A DNA stretch of 64,000 nt from Thermodesulfobacteriota bacterium (GCA_965216785.1 OZ244197.1:128001-192000), one strand, 5' to 3'; shown: positions 41,422-52,131, numbered from the stretch's first letter. A program made the numbers and translations. The notes: a model not told the origin generated them from the letters alone.

Positions 41422-42684
41422 TTAGATCATATCCCTCTCAGTCTGATGCTCCTGTGACGCTTTACCTCCGAAGAACGGGTCTCCAAAAGGAATAGCCGGG
41501 AACGCCTTCATAAAGAGAAGGAACATGAATATGAAAATACCAAGGAAACCGAGCGTTATCAATATCTGTGTAATTCCGATGTTAATCGCGTTTGATAGGG
41601 ATGGTATTATGAGTACATACTTTTCAATAAGGAAGCCTGTTACTGAAACAGAGGCTATGAAAACAAGTATGGGCTTTACGATTTTATTCGTTCTCGGCAT
41701 AAGAGAAGCGAACGGGAATATGAAGCAGCAAGTGAGCACGATCCAAGATAGGGTCTTAAAAGGCTCTTCCCCAACGCGCTTAATTACAAAGCCTGTCTCC
41801 TCAGGCATATTCGCATACCAGATTGGCAGCAGCTGTGAGAAAAAGAAATAGACCCAAAAGAGTGAGAAACCCTGGAGCATCTTGGCAATGTCGTGGTATT
41901 TATGGTCATCAAGATATTCCTCAAGCCCCTCTCTTCTTCTTATTAATATCGAGAGAATAATGGTCATTCCAATCGCCGCTATGACGCTGCCCATAAAATA
42001 ATAAGGGCCGAAAAGGGTGCTGAACCAGTGAGGGTCGAGCGACATCATAAAGTCCCAAGCAAAAAAGCTGAACACCGCTGCGTATAGAATAAGCACGGCG
42101 GGCGCAAATTTTCTAATAGTCGTCCAAATCCCTTTTCTCTCTTCCTCACCTTTCCATCCTGACGCAACCCAAGCAGATATGCCTGTGAGCTTATCGCCGA
42201 AACCGCCCAGATCCTGCCTTAATGAATAGTAAAGGTAAGACAGACTTACTATGAGAAGTATGATGTAGCCGATTACGTTACGAAGGAAGACAAAAGTCAT
42301 ATTAAGCCATACATCTTTTGGGTGGTGATAGTGCTCAGTCGCGTAGGGGAGGATGTACTCCCTTCCGACGAAGACTAGAAGAAGCAGTATGAGCGCGATC
42401 GGCGTAAATGCGCCTAATCCTTCGCTGACCCTGAGCAGGGGTCTTGCCCAGCGGGCGTCGGTAATGCGAAGTATGCATGAGAAGACTATGCCGCCCTGCG
42501 AAACTCCCGTCCAGAAGATGAAGTTGATCAGGAATATCTCCCACGCGGCTTTGGGATCGGCTCCGAAAGCCTGAATACCGAAAGTGGCAAAGCCTATAAT
42601 GCCCAGAATTAAAAACACATATATAGCCGAAGAAGGTATAAGGGATCTTTTAGCTAATATTTCTTCTCTTATTTGCTCATCCAT
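41422..42684 (-). CDS. actF: Alternative complex III subunit F
   Basis: NrfD-like membrane protein with WDFMMSLDPHWFSTLFG and SQLLPIWYANMPEE; start ATG 42684. Confidence 0.88.
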   Translation of the reverse strand: MDEQIREEILAKRSLIPSSAIYVFLILGIIGFATFGIQAFGADPKAAWEIFLINFIFWTGVSQGGIVFSCILRITDARWARPLLRVSEGLGAFTPIALILLLLVFVGREYILPYATEHYHHPKDVWLNMTFVFLRNVIGYIILLIVSLSYLYYSLRQDLGGFGDKLTGISAWVASGWKGEEERKGIWTTIRKFAPAVLILYAAVFSFFAWDFMMSLDPHWFSTLFGPYYFMGSVIAAIGMTIILSILIRRREGLEEYLDDHKYHDIAKMLQGFSLFWVYFFFSQLLPIWYANMPEETGFVIKRVGEEPFKTLSWIVLTCCFIFPFASLMPRTNKIVKPILVFIASVSVTGFLIEKYVLIIPSLSNAINIGITQILITLGFLGIFIFMFLLFMKAFPAIPFGDPFFGGKASQEHQTERDMI

Positions 42685-42685
42685 G

Positions 42686-43324
42686 TTACTCGGTACTCTC
42701 CTCAGCCGTATTGTCATCCTGAGCCGCATCAGGCTCTTGTGGTGTTTGCGTTACATCAGTGGTCTCTGTCGCTTCCGCATCTTGAGTCGTTGTTTCGGGC
42801 GGAGGCTCGGGGCTTCCCTGGAGCTTCCTCACATAGTTCACAACGTCCCACGCGCTCTCAGAGGTTATGCTCTCACGGTAGCTTGGCATCATCACCTTGC
42901 CGCCATATCGTATGTAGGCGTATAAGTAACCATCTGTCCTGGCTATCACACCCGGGCCTGTGAGATTTAAAGGATAGAAACCTCTCTTTATAACCGGCCC
43001 GTCGCCCTTTCCTTCCACGCCGTGGCAGACAACACAGAATGTCTTGTAGGCCTGCTCACCATGGGCAAGCGATTCTTCTGTCGCCGGAACCGGGCTGCGC
43101 GCAATGTTTTCAAAATCTTCTCTTGGAAGAGGCTTGATCCTGAGCCCGTCCGTAGATACGGAGAGTTGGGGATACACAACCGGCTCCTCATAGGGCAGGA
43201 TGGAAGGCTGTATCCACATATCGAAATTCCAAGGGAAAGCGTGCGCTCCGATACTGCCGCTTAGACATATAGTCAGAATTAGTAGAAAGTTGTATTTCTT
43301 ATTGATGAGATTCATGAGATTCAT
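42686..43324 (-). CDS. actE: Alternative complex III monoheme cytochrome c subunit E
   Basis: DMWIQP, CVVCHG..G.GDG, MPSY and W.VVNYVR.LQ; operon position. Confidence 0.85.
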   Translation of the reverse strand: MNLMNLINKKYNFLLILTICLSGSIGAHAFPWNFDMWIQPSILPYEEPVVYPQLSVSTDGLRIKPLPREDFENIARSPVPATEESLAHGEQAYKTFCVVCHGVEGKGDGPVIKRGFYPLNLTGPGVIARTDGYLYAYIRYGGKVMMPSYRESITSESAWDVVNYVRKLQGSPEPPPETTTQDAEATETTDVTQTPQEPDAAQDDNTAEESTE

Positions 43325-43368
43325 TAGAAATAATCTTGTTTGACCTCCTGAAGAGCATTTAAGCGCCC

Positions 43369-43881
43369 TCAGACTTCGTCAAACTTTATCTCCTCCGCTC
43401 CCTGGGAGCTTAATATGTTTTCAACTTCTTTTATGCTCTCTTTATCGCAGGTGACCATAACACCGAACTTATCCTCGGAGAACCTGGGATCATACATGCT
43501 GCTTGGCGCGTTTTTCCTTAGCCTCGAGTTTATGAGAAGCCCCAAAAGGGTGGAGAGAGCTCCCATTAAAATCGTTAGCTCGAAGATAATGACCATAAAC
43601 GGCGGCAGAGACACAATAGGCTTAGCGCTTACAGATATCGGCCAGTCAGACGAAGTAAGCACCGTAAACCCAACACCGCACGCAGCTCCAAGCATAGCAC
43701 CGAAAAGAGTGAAAAAACGTACTATGCTTTCCGGCTCGTCCATCACGTCTTCAATCTCATGATTGGGCAGCGGTGAAAACACGCGCAGCTTCATGAAACC
43801 GGATCGTCTTAGCTTCTTTACCGTATCTACGGTAACGTCGACATATGAGAAAATTCCTAAAACACCTTGATTGTCTTTCAT
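43369..43881 (-). CDS. actD: Alternative complex III subunit D (DUF3341)
   Basis: FSPLP.H, WPISVSAKP, IIFELTIL and DPRFSEDKF motifs; start uncertain (43881 or 43914). Confidence 0.88.
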   Translation of the reverse strand: MKDNQGVLGIFSYVDVTVDTVKKLRRSGFMKLRVFSPLPNHEIEDVMDEPESIVRFFTLFGAMLGAACGVGFTVLTSSDWPISVSAKPIVSLPPFMVIIFELTILMGALSTLLGLLINSRLRKNAPSSMYDPRFSEDKFGVMVTCDKESIKEVENILSSQGAEEIKFDEV

Positions 43882-43900
43882 TATGCTCAAGCCGCGGTCG

Positions 43901-45247
43901 TCAGTGACCCGCATGGCCTCCTTTTATGCCTTTGTTCGGTACCGGAAGTATTTCCTTCATCTCGGCGATAGACACAGCGGGCAGGGTCTTCAGGAATATC
44001 AGGAAGAACATGAAGAACCATGCGAAGCTGCCGACCGTGATGCCTATCTCTACCCACGAAGGCATGTATATGCCCCAGGCAGCGGGGTCAAAGCCCTGAG
44101 AGAGAGAAATAACGATAATGTTGAATCTTTCAAACCACATGCCGATATTAATAAAGATCGAAATTATAAATAGTGCCGTAATGTTATGGCGCACCGATTT
44201 GAACCAAAGCGGCAGCGGAATTACGACGTTACATATGACCATTATCCAGTAGAATATGGCGTATTCGCCAGTGGCCCTATATACGAACTGCCCCCACTCA
44301 TAAGGGCTTCCGGTGTACCAGGCCAGGAAGAACTCGACGCCGTAAGCATAGCCGACGATCAGCGAGGTGAGGATAATGAGCTTTGCCATCCCGTCGTAGT
44401 TATCGATCGTGATGTAATCCTCAAGGTGGAAGATCTTTCTTATAGGTACGGTAAGTGTGATTACCATGGCGAGACCCGAGAATATGGCTCCCGCAACGAA
44501 GTAAGGCGCGAAAATCGTCGTATGCCACCCGGGGAGGTTGGACATTGCGAAGTCCCAGGACACGACGCTGTGCACGGAAAGAACAAGGGGTGTGGCGAAT
44601 GCCGCAAAGTAGAGGTAGGCCCTCGTGTAATGGAGCCACTCCCAGTTAGAGCCTTTCCAGCCTAAAGATAATATCGAATACATAATCTTACGCGGCTTCT
44701 CGGTAACCCTATCCCTTATGGCCGCGATGTCCGGGATCATTCCTACGAAGAAAAATACAGAGCTTACGGTTAGATAAGTGCTTACAGCGAATACGTCCCA
44801 AAGGAGCGGAGACTTGAAGTTAACCCAAAGCTCCCTTTGGTTCGGGTATGGAAAAAGCCAGTAGAAGTTCCACGGACGACCAAGGTGAATAATGGGGAAA
44901 AGACCCGCCGTCAAAACGGCAAACACAGTCATCGCCTCGGCTATTCGGTAAATCGACATCCTGAAACTGGCTCTGAATAAATAAAGCACAGCGGAAATAA
45001 GGGTTCCCGAGTGCGCTATACCTACCCAGAACACAAAGTCGGTGATGTAAACGCCCCAGAACACGGGGTGACGGTAACCGGCCACACCAAGACCTGTGTA
45101 GACCTGATAGATGAAGCAAAATAGTCCGAATCCGACAAAACCAAGTGTAGGTATAAAGAGAGCAAGCCACTTGACAGTAGGCTTGTCCAGCATTTTTATT
45201 ACATCTTCGTTGACTCTTGCGTAGGTTAGTGTTGATTGCTCGCTCAT
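43901..45247 (-). CDS. actC: Alternative complex III quinol-binding subunit C (NrfD family)
   Basis: FVFWVGIAHSGTLISA, HLGRPW, SPLLWD and SVHSVVSWDFA motifs. Confidence 0.93.
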   Translation of the reverse strand: MSEQSTLTYARVNEDVIKMLDKPTVKWLALFIPTLGFVGFGLFCFIYQVYTGLGVAGYRHPVFWGVYITDFVFWVGIAHSGTLISAVLYLFRASFRMSIYRIAEAMTVFAVLTAGLFPIIHLGRPWNFYWLFPYPNQRELWVNFKSPLLWDVFAVSTYLTVSSVFFFVGMIPDIAAIRDRVTEKPRKIMYSILSLGWKGSNWEWLHYTRAYLYFAAFATPLVLSVHSVVSWDFAMSNLPGWHTTIFAPYFVAGAIFSGLAMVITLTVPIRKIFHLEDYITIDNYDGMAKLIILTSLIVGYAYGVEFFLAWYTGSPYEWGQFVYRATGEYAIFYWIMVICNVVIPLPLWFKSVRHNITALFIISIFINIGMWFERFNIIVISLSQGFDPAAWGIYMPSWVEIGITVGSFAWFFMFFLIFLKTLPAVSIAEMKEILPVPNKGIKGGHAGH

Positions 45248-48171
45248 TAAGCTTTATCCCGTACCACTTTTTTAAGATATGTAATTCCAGGTTGTGTGTT
45301 AACAAATGAAAGCGCTTTATAGCCCCTGTCGTCGTGTGAGAGTTTTGATGCTTTACTTTCGTGATCTTCAAGATTACCGAACACTATGGCCTCTGACGCG
45401 CATGCCTGTTCGCACGCGACTTTAAACTCGCCGTCGCCCACGTCTCTGCCCTCGTCCTTGGCTAGATCCTTGGCGTGGTTGATCCTCTGTACGCAGAATG
45501 TGCATTTTTCCATTACACCCTTGGAGCGGACTGAAACATCCGGATTGAGCTGCCAGTTTAGAGGCTCTGGCCATTTATATGTGAACCAGTTGAATTTTCT
45601 TACTTTATATGTGCAGTTGTTTGCGCAGTACCTTGTACCTACACAGCGGTTGTAAACCATACCGTTGAGACCTTCAGGGTTGTGATAGGTAGCAAAAACA
45701 GGGCATACAGGCTCGCAGGGCGCGTTTCCGCACTGCTGGCAGAGCATCGGCAAGTAGATGGTTCTGAACCCTGCTGCGTCATCTGTTTTCTCAAAGTATC
45801 TTTCGATACGGATCCAAGCCATATCGCGCCTCTTGGCAACCATATCCTTACCGACGAAGGCGATATTGTTCTCTGCGTAACAAGCCGTCACGCATGAGCC
45901 GCAGCCCGTGCACTTTTGAAGGTCGATCGTCATTCCCCAGCGGTACTTGTTGTATTCTCTGGGCGGATAGAAGTCGGGCTCGTGATGCTCCTCGTGATGT
46001 ATGCCTTTCTGGAGTTCACTTAGCGCAACCGTTTCGGCAATAATTCTGTCATGCTGGTGAGTCGTATATTGTGTTTGTACGAACTGAGCGCTCTTTCCGG
46101 TCCTGGAAGCGCTTACCTTTGTACTAAGCCAAGCCAAGCCGCCCGAAAGCTCGTCTGTAGATACGGGCAGGAGATCCAGCGGGTTAACACCCCTGTCTTT
46201 CGCGTATCTTCCGTATGCGGTATGTCCCTGACCTATCATTACAGCAAGCGTGTCGGGCCTTATGCCTTCATAAACATAGGCTTGCGTATCGATGGTGCCT
46301 TGTGGTGACTCAATAGATAGAAAGTCGCCGAGTTTTATTCCAAGTTTTTTAGCCGTATCGGGATGTACCTCAACCCAGGAATCCCATACGCCTGTCGTTA
46401 TCGCTTCTGGAAGCTCCTGGAGCCACGGTTTGTTTGCGCCTCTACCGTCGTAGTAGCGGTAGGACGGGTACGCCATGAAGTAGAATTCACCGTCGCCCTG
46501 AAACTCAGCTTCGGGGAGTGAAACACCTGCGGCTGCAGAGGAAAGAGATACCGAAACAGTTTGAGGCTCTTCATAGTAGCCTCCGTCCTCAAGCGCCTTG
46601 TTCCATCGTTTATCGAAATCGCCCGCAGGCAAAATATTTTTCCAGGCGTCTCTTAAGTAGTCGTAATATGTAGTCTGAACGTATCTGCCGTTTAGCTCCT
46701 CAACCTGACCGCTTATCGAGAGAAGCACATCTCCTGTGCTCTTCGTGTTGAAAACAGGGGTCATGATAGGCTGTGTGAGCCCCTTTACGGAGGTTCTGGG
46801 GAAATAGTCCCCCCAGCTTTCGAGAAACGTGTTGTCAGGAAGCACGAGGTCAGAAAGCTCGGTCGTCTCGTCCATAAAGCTCGAGAAGCTGACGACAGTA
46901 CCTACCTTCTCTAACGCCTCTTTGAATTTCATGGACTTGGGAAGCGTAAACACGGGGTTTACGCCGTGAATAAATATTAAGTCAATGTCGCCACTTTCCA
47001 TGGAAGCGATAAGTGAGGAAATGTCCTGTAACGAATTCACGTCTGAGATGGAAAGCGTATCACCAAAATCAATCGTCTCGCCGATATTGCCGGCTACGAA
47101 GTTAAGAATATTTATTGCTACCAGCGTTTGTGTCGCGTTAGTACCGGAAGTGGCTACACCGCCTCCTATGGCGAGGCTTGAATCCGCGGCTGCGAATTCC
47201 TTTGCGATCTGAGTTATTATTTCTACAGGGACATCTGTAACTGAAGATACTTTATCGGGCGAATAATTACTCAGAAGCCCGCGAAGGCCGCCTGCTGAAT
47301 TAGAAGAGAGCCCTTCGTTTACTATTACGTTTGCAATTCCGAGCGCTAATACACCCTCGGTTCCGGGCCTAATGGACACCCACTGGTCGGCGTTTGTGCC
47401 GGTGAGTGAGGCTCTTGGGTCAACGAAAACAAATTTTCCGACCGTTTTATCTTTAACGGCGTGCATCTCTGAAAACATCCTGGTGTACTCGGTTGCCGAT
47501 AGCCAGGTCTCCAGAAAATCCGCGCCGAATGAGAGCAGATAGTCCGCTTTATCTATATTGTATGTAGGTATTTTTTCAATTCCGAAGGAAATCTTGTTTG
47601 CTTCTTTAAGAGGCTCGTATGCAAATGATTCGTACTGGACGTGAGAGCCTCCGAGAACACCCATCCAATCGTCCACAAGCGCGCCGAAAGTGCTGGCTTC
47701 ATTCCCGCTCAGAAAAACTATATTTCCGCTCTTTCCGCTCTCGCGTGCTTTAACTATTTTTTCACTAAGTGCCTTCTCTACGGCTTCCCAGCCCTGTGGC
47801 TGCATTTTACCGTCATCGTTTTTAAGTAGCGGAGACTTGATACGGTCCGGGTTGTATAGCCCCTGGAGCGAGGCCTGACCCATGGAGCAGCTGCCGCCGT
47901 TGCTGACGGGGTTTTTGGGGTTTCCTTCAACTTTGATCGCTCTGCCTTCACGGTTCTTTACTATAATACCGCATCCGGCTGGGCATTCTCTGCATGTGCT
48001 GGCGTAGTAGTTGGGAACTCCGGGAATGATGCCTTCGGGGGGTATTACATAGGGTATAATCTGCTCAACAGGCTCAGAGCACGCTCCGGTAACTGCCGCC
48101 GTACCGCCGGCCACACCTATTATCTTCAGAAAATCCCTTCTCTTTAATCCGCCCTTCTTATCTTGAGACAT
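45247..48171 (-). CDS. actB: Alternative complex III subunit B (molybdopterin-oxidoreductase-like plus Fe-S domain)
   Basis: Tat signal KRRDFLK, CxxCxxxC..C, and C-terminal ferredoxin motifs CTGCGSC, CQQCGNAPC, CVGTRYC, EKCTFC. Confidence 0.92.
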   Translation of the reverse strand: MSQDKKGGLKRRDFLKIIGVAGGTAAVTGACSEPVEQIIPYVIPPEGIIPGVPNYYASTCRECPAGCGIIVKNREGRAIKVEGNPKNPVSNGGSCSMGQASLQGLYNPDRIKSPLLKNDDGKMQPQGWEAVEKALSEKIVKARESGKSGNIVFLSGNEASTFGALVDDWMGVLGGSHVQYESFAYEPLKEANKISFGIEKIPTYNIDKADYLLSFGADFLETWLSATEYTRMFSEMHAVKDKTVGKFVFVDPRASLTGTNADQWVSIRPGTEGVLALGIANVIVNEGLSSNSAGGLRGLLSNYSPDKVSSVTDVPVEIITQIAKEFAAADSSLAIGGGVATSGTNATQTLVAINILNFVAGNIGETIDFGDTLSISDVNSLQDISSLIASMESGDIDLIFIHGVNPVFTLPKSMKFKEALEKVGTVVSFSSFMDETTELSDLVLPDNTFLESWGDYFPRTSVKGLTQPIMTPVFNTKSTGDVLLSISGQVEELNGRYVQTTYYDYLRDAWKNILPAGDFDKRWNKALEDGGYYEEPQTVSVSLSSAAAGVSLPEAEFQGDGEFYFMAYPSYRYYDGRGANKPWLQELPEAITTGVWDSWVEVHPDTAKKLGIKLGDFLSIESPQGTIDTQAYVYEGIRPDTLAVMIGQGHTAYGRYAKDRGVNPLDLLPVSTDELSGGLAWLSTKVSASRTGKSAQFVQTQYTTHQHDRIIAETVALSELQKGIHHEEHHEPDFYPPREYNKYRWGMTIDLQKCTGCGSCVTACYAENNIAFVGKDMVAKRRDMAWIRIERYFEKTDDAAGFRTIYLPMLCQQCGNAPCEPVCPVFATYHNPEGLNGMVYNRCVGTRYCANNCTYKVRKFNWFTYKWPEPLNWQLNPDVSVRSKGVMEKCTFCVQRINHAKDLAKDEGRDVGDGEFKVACEQACASEAIVFGNLEDHESKASKLSHDDRGYKALSFVNTQPGITYLKKVVRDKA

Positions 48172-48184
48172 CTACTCCTCCGAA

Positions 48185-48751
48185 TTAATAATGACAAGTC
48201 AAACAGTCTTTTAAATGTTCAAGCTCAACTTCGTCCTTTGCATTCTGTGTATGACACTGTATGCAAAAGCCCATATTCATGCGGTTAACCTTGTGAACCT
48301 GATCCATTTGGGCTACGTCCCCATGACACTGAGCGCACTCAAAACCGCGCTGTATGTGTCTCTTGTGGGTAAAATGCACGTATCCTGGCTGTGAGTTGAC
48401 TTTAACCCAAGGTATGGGCTCTTTGTTGGCCCAGTACTCTCTTACCTTGGCTATTTCATTTTTAATATTTATGGTCGTGCCGTCGAAATCATAATCTACG
48501 TCGCGCCCAGCAATTTGAGAGTGGCAGCCCATACACTTTTTAACGGACGGAATGCCGGGATTGGGCGACACATCGACGAAGCTATGACAGTATTCACATG
48601 GAATCTGGTCTTCGGTGGCATGAATCTTATGGCTGAATCTTACAGGTTGGATAGGCCCTTGGTCACTGCTTTCAGCGTTGTAGAAATAAAAACCCACGAG
48701 TGCGAAGAGAACTAGTGCGGGCAGTGAAAGTATTTTTATCCTATTCCTCAT
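48185..48751 (-). CDS. actA: Alternative complex III pentaheme cytochrome c subunit A
   Basis: N-terminal TM, QPVRFSHKIH, five CxxCH motifs (CEYCH, CMGCH, CAQCH, CIQCH, CLTCH). Confidence 0.92.
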   Translation of the reverse strand: MRNRIKILSLPALVLFALVGFYFYNAESSDQGPIQPVRFSHKIHATEDQIPCEYCHSFVDVSPNPGIPSVKKCMGCHSQIAGRDVDYDFDGTTINIKNEIAKVREYWANKEPIPWVKVNSQPGYVHFTHKRHIQRGFECAQCHGDVAQMDQVHKVNRMNMGFCIQCHTQNAKDEVELEHLKDCLTCHY

Positions 48752-48851
48752 CCTATTTCCTTAGCTGTAACCTAGTACTTTATTACTTAATGTCTTTGAA
48801 GTGTGAGCTTTTTATAGATTATTTAGGCTTAACTCTCAAAAACGCCTAGTA

Positions 48852-48879
48852 TTTATATCATACCGAGAAGTTCTGTCAA
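48852..48879 (-). promoter_or_regulatory. Putative sigma70 promoter of act operon
   Basis: Minus strand TTGACA-N16-TATAAA with extended TG. Confidence 0.5.
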
Positions 48880-49059
48880 GAATTTGAGCAGAATCTTTAA
48901 AAAGATGCTGTAAAATAAGGGGTTAAAGCTAATGCGGAAAGGGGTTAGTATAAGCGGTATATTCATTCTAAATTAACATTTCGCAATAAGATGGAAGATT
49001 TTCCTCTGTTTAACCGCTCGGAACCAAGGCTCTTTTGACCCATCAAGAACCTCTTGTTG

Positions 49060-49247
49060 GGGGACGGAGGCGAGCGCTTCACAGCAATGCCGGGGAATTA
49101 AAATATGGGGACGGAGGCGAGCGCTTCACAGCAATGCCGGGGAATTAAAATATGGGGACGGAGGCGAGCGCTTCACAGCGATGCCGGGGAATTAAAATAT
49201 GGGGACGGAGGCGAGCGCTTCACAGCGATGCCGGGGAATTAAAATAT
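49060..49247. repeat. Tandem repeat, 4 x 47 bp, no spacers
   Basis: Unit GGGGACGGAGGCGAGCGCTTCACAGC(A/G)ATGCCGGGGAATTAAAATAT at 49060, 49107, 49154 and 49201. Confidence 0.97.
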
Positions 49248-49251
49248 CCTG

Positions 49252-50022
<771 letters not shown>

Positions 50023-50045
50023 CTATACCGGTAAGTCAGAGCTCA

Positions 50046-50576
50046 CTAGAACATACCCATGCTTTGCTGAGCCTCTTCACTCATTTTACTCGGGTCCCAG
50101 GGCGGATCCCATACCAGCTCTATCTCGACAGATTCGACACCGGGCATCTGCTCTACGAGCGCTTTGGATTCTCCCGCGATTTGAGTAGAAGCGGGACATC
50201 CCGGGGCTGTCATGGTCATCCTAATATTCACTTTAGAGCCGTCTATATCTATCCCGTAAATGAGCCCGAGGTTTACTATGTCGATCGGGATTTCAGGATC
50301 ATAGACTTCGCTCAGGACATTTAGCACGCTTTCCTGAGTTACCTCGGTCCCGTTTGAGCCTTGCTCTTGTGAAGGTGGATTCACCGGAGCGCCGCCGCTT
50401 TCGTAAGTGGAATCGAGAGGCTTTGAGCCGACTTCGTCCAGTGAGGCGGTCTCATAAATATTCTCAGGCTCGGATTCCTCTGTCAGAGCGTTAGCCGGAG
50501 ACAGAACCTCCTCTTGCTTCTCTACCGAGCCGCTTTCCTTTTTAAAGAGTTTACTGAGCATGTTGCCTAGCCCCAT
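50046..50576 (-). CDS. DUF59/SufT-like Fe-S assembly factor with acidic N-terminal extension
   Basis: VYDPEIPIDIVNLGLIY, MTMTAPGCP and VWDPPW motifs. Confidence 0.88.
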   Translation of the reverse strand: MGLGNMLSKLFKKESGSVEKQEEVLSPANALTEESEPENIYETASLDEVGSKPLDSTYESGGAPVNPPSQEQGSNGTEVTQESVLNVLSEVYDPEIPIDIVNLGLIYGIDIDGSKVNIRMTMTAPGCPASTQIAGESKALVEQMPGVESVEIELVWDPPWDPSKMSEEAQQSMGMF

Positions 50577-50686
50577 ATTCGGTGCCTCCTTAATACATTC
50601 ATCAGCTATAAGAATACATTAACCCTTCATTTCGGGAAAGGACATTTGTTTGCTCTAGCAACTCATTCCCTCTAGCGTGAAGAGTA

Positions 50687-51205
50687 TTATAAAGCTGCTC
50701 TGGCCGCTTGCAGGGCAGCGTCGTAGTTTGGCTCTGAGGCGATCTCGGGCACGTACTCTACGTACACGACGTTATCGTCTTTATCTACGACGAATATGGC
50801 CCTGGCCAGGAGACGATGCTCTTTAATCAACGTGCCGTAAGCCTCTCCGAACGAAGCGTCCTTGTAGTCGGAGAGAGTCCTTACTTTGTCTATGCCGGCA
50901 GCTCCGCAGTAACGGCTTAGCGCGAACGGGAGGTCCATGCTCAGAGTCAGTATCTCTACATCGTCCCCGAGTCCTGCGGCTTCCTGGTTGAACCTCTTGG
51001 TCTGAACGTCACACACAGGGGTATCGACAGATACTATAACGTTGAAAATCTTTACCTTGCCCTCAAGATCTCCGAGACCTACTGGAGAGCCAAGAGCTTC
51101 CAAAGACGAGAAATCCGGCGCTTTATCACCGACTTTAATTTCATGTCCTACTAATGTTACGGGATTGCCTTTTAAAGTTACTACACCTGATCTTTCTTCC
51201 GCCAT
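50687..51205 (-). CDS. tpx: Thiol peroxidase (atypical 2-Cys Prx)
   Basis: SVDTPVC, SMDLPFA..R.C and EPNYD motifs. Confidence 0.95.
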   Translation of the reverse strand: MAEERSGVVTLKGNPVTLVGHEIKVGDKAPDFSSLEALGSPVGLGDLEGKVKIFNVIVSVDTPVCDVQTKRFNQEAAGLGDDVEILTLSMDLPFALSRYCGAAGIDKVRTLSDYKDASFGEAYGTLIKEHRLLARAIFVVDKDDNVVYVEYVPEIASEPNYDAALQAARAAL

Positions 51206-51241
51206 GACTGAAACAACCTCCTAAGGAGTTATAATTTTTAC

Positions 51242-51286
51242 TGAACGTGCGTTCACGTAACTGCTATATACTCATAGACTTCTATG
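51242..51286. promoter_or_regulatory. Two 14-bp palindromes in the tpx/csp intergenic region (candidate operators)
   Basis: TGAACG-TG-CGTTCA at 51242-51255; CATAGA-CT-TCTATG at 51273-51286, overlapping minus-strand TTGACA. Confidence 0.4.
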
Positions 51287-51388
51287 TCAAATAGAATGTA
51301 TTAGGCAAATATACCGACTAATTTCTATTTGACCAAATAAGAGATTATATGTATCCTCACTTTAAATAATTTATTGGAGGCGTTTATT

Positions 51389-51592
51389 TTGAAGGGCAAA
51401 GTAAAATGGTTTAATGAGTCCAAAGGATTCGGTTTTATCGAACAAGAAGGCGGTAACGACGTATTCGTACATTACAGCGCTATTGAAGGCGAAGGCTTTA
51501 AAACCTTGGTAGAAGGTGAAGAGGTCGAGTTTGAAGTAGTCGACAGCCCAAAGGGGCTTCAGGCAAGTAAGGTCAATAAGGTTACTCAGTAG
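51389..51592 (+). CDS. csp: Cold-shock protein
   Basis: [14 protein letters not shown] and VFVHYS RNP motifs; TTG start after GGAGG. Confidence 0.95.
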   Translation: MKGKVKWFNESKGFGFIEQEGGNDVFVHYSAIEGEGFKTLVEGEEVEFEVVDSPKGLQASKVNKVTQ

Positions 51593-51743
51593 ACTAAGAT
51601 AGGATTCCTTCCTTATTAAGTTCCCAAGAGTAATTTTAGTTTATTAGGTCTTATTTTCTAGCCTTAACCCAGAATCTTAGACGTAATATATGCAGTAGAG
51701 TTGCGTCCGGACATTCATGTTGGGCTAGTGAATAAAGCCGTCC

Positions 51744-52103
51744 TTACTCAACTACGAGTTTGCCGCGGTACATGGCCATCTGGCAGGTGAATTCGAACTC
51801 ACCTGTTTTATCCGGGGTGAAGCTAAGCTCATAGGGTCTGTCCACAGCGAGGTCCGCGCTCAGGTCGAGGTCTGAGAACAGGACTTTTTCAGCGCAGGGA
51901 TTTTCGTCTTTGCGTATGAAACGAAGCGTCACAGGTTTTCCTATCGGGACATGGATTAATGAGGGCTCGTAAACTCCGGAGTCCACTATAATATCGATTG
52001 TATCTCCATGTACGCTCGCCTCGGAGCGGCCCTTATATATCCAGAACCACCAAACTATAAAGGCAATCAGAACAATTCCGGTCAAATTTACTATATAGCT
52101 CAT
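51744..52103 (-). CDS. Cupredoxin-domain protein
   Basis: N-terminal TM, YEPS.I and FTCQMAMYRG motifs; downstream of copA. Confidence 0.88.
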   Translation of the reverse strand: MSYIVNLTGIVLIAFIVWWFWIYKGRSEASVHGDTIDIIVDSGVYEPSLIHVPIGKPVTLRFIRKDENPCAEKVLFSDLDLSADLAVDRPYELSFTPDKTGEFEFTCQMAMYRGKLVVE

Positions 52104-52131
52104 ACGTCCTCTTTATGCTCGCTTTGTAAAA

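Noticed and set aside
49060-49247. CRISPR array
   Set aside because: Units are contiguous and near-identical with no unique spacers; no cas genes in the window.
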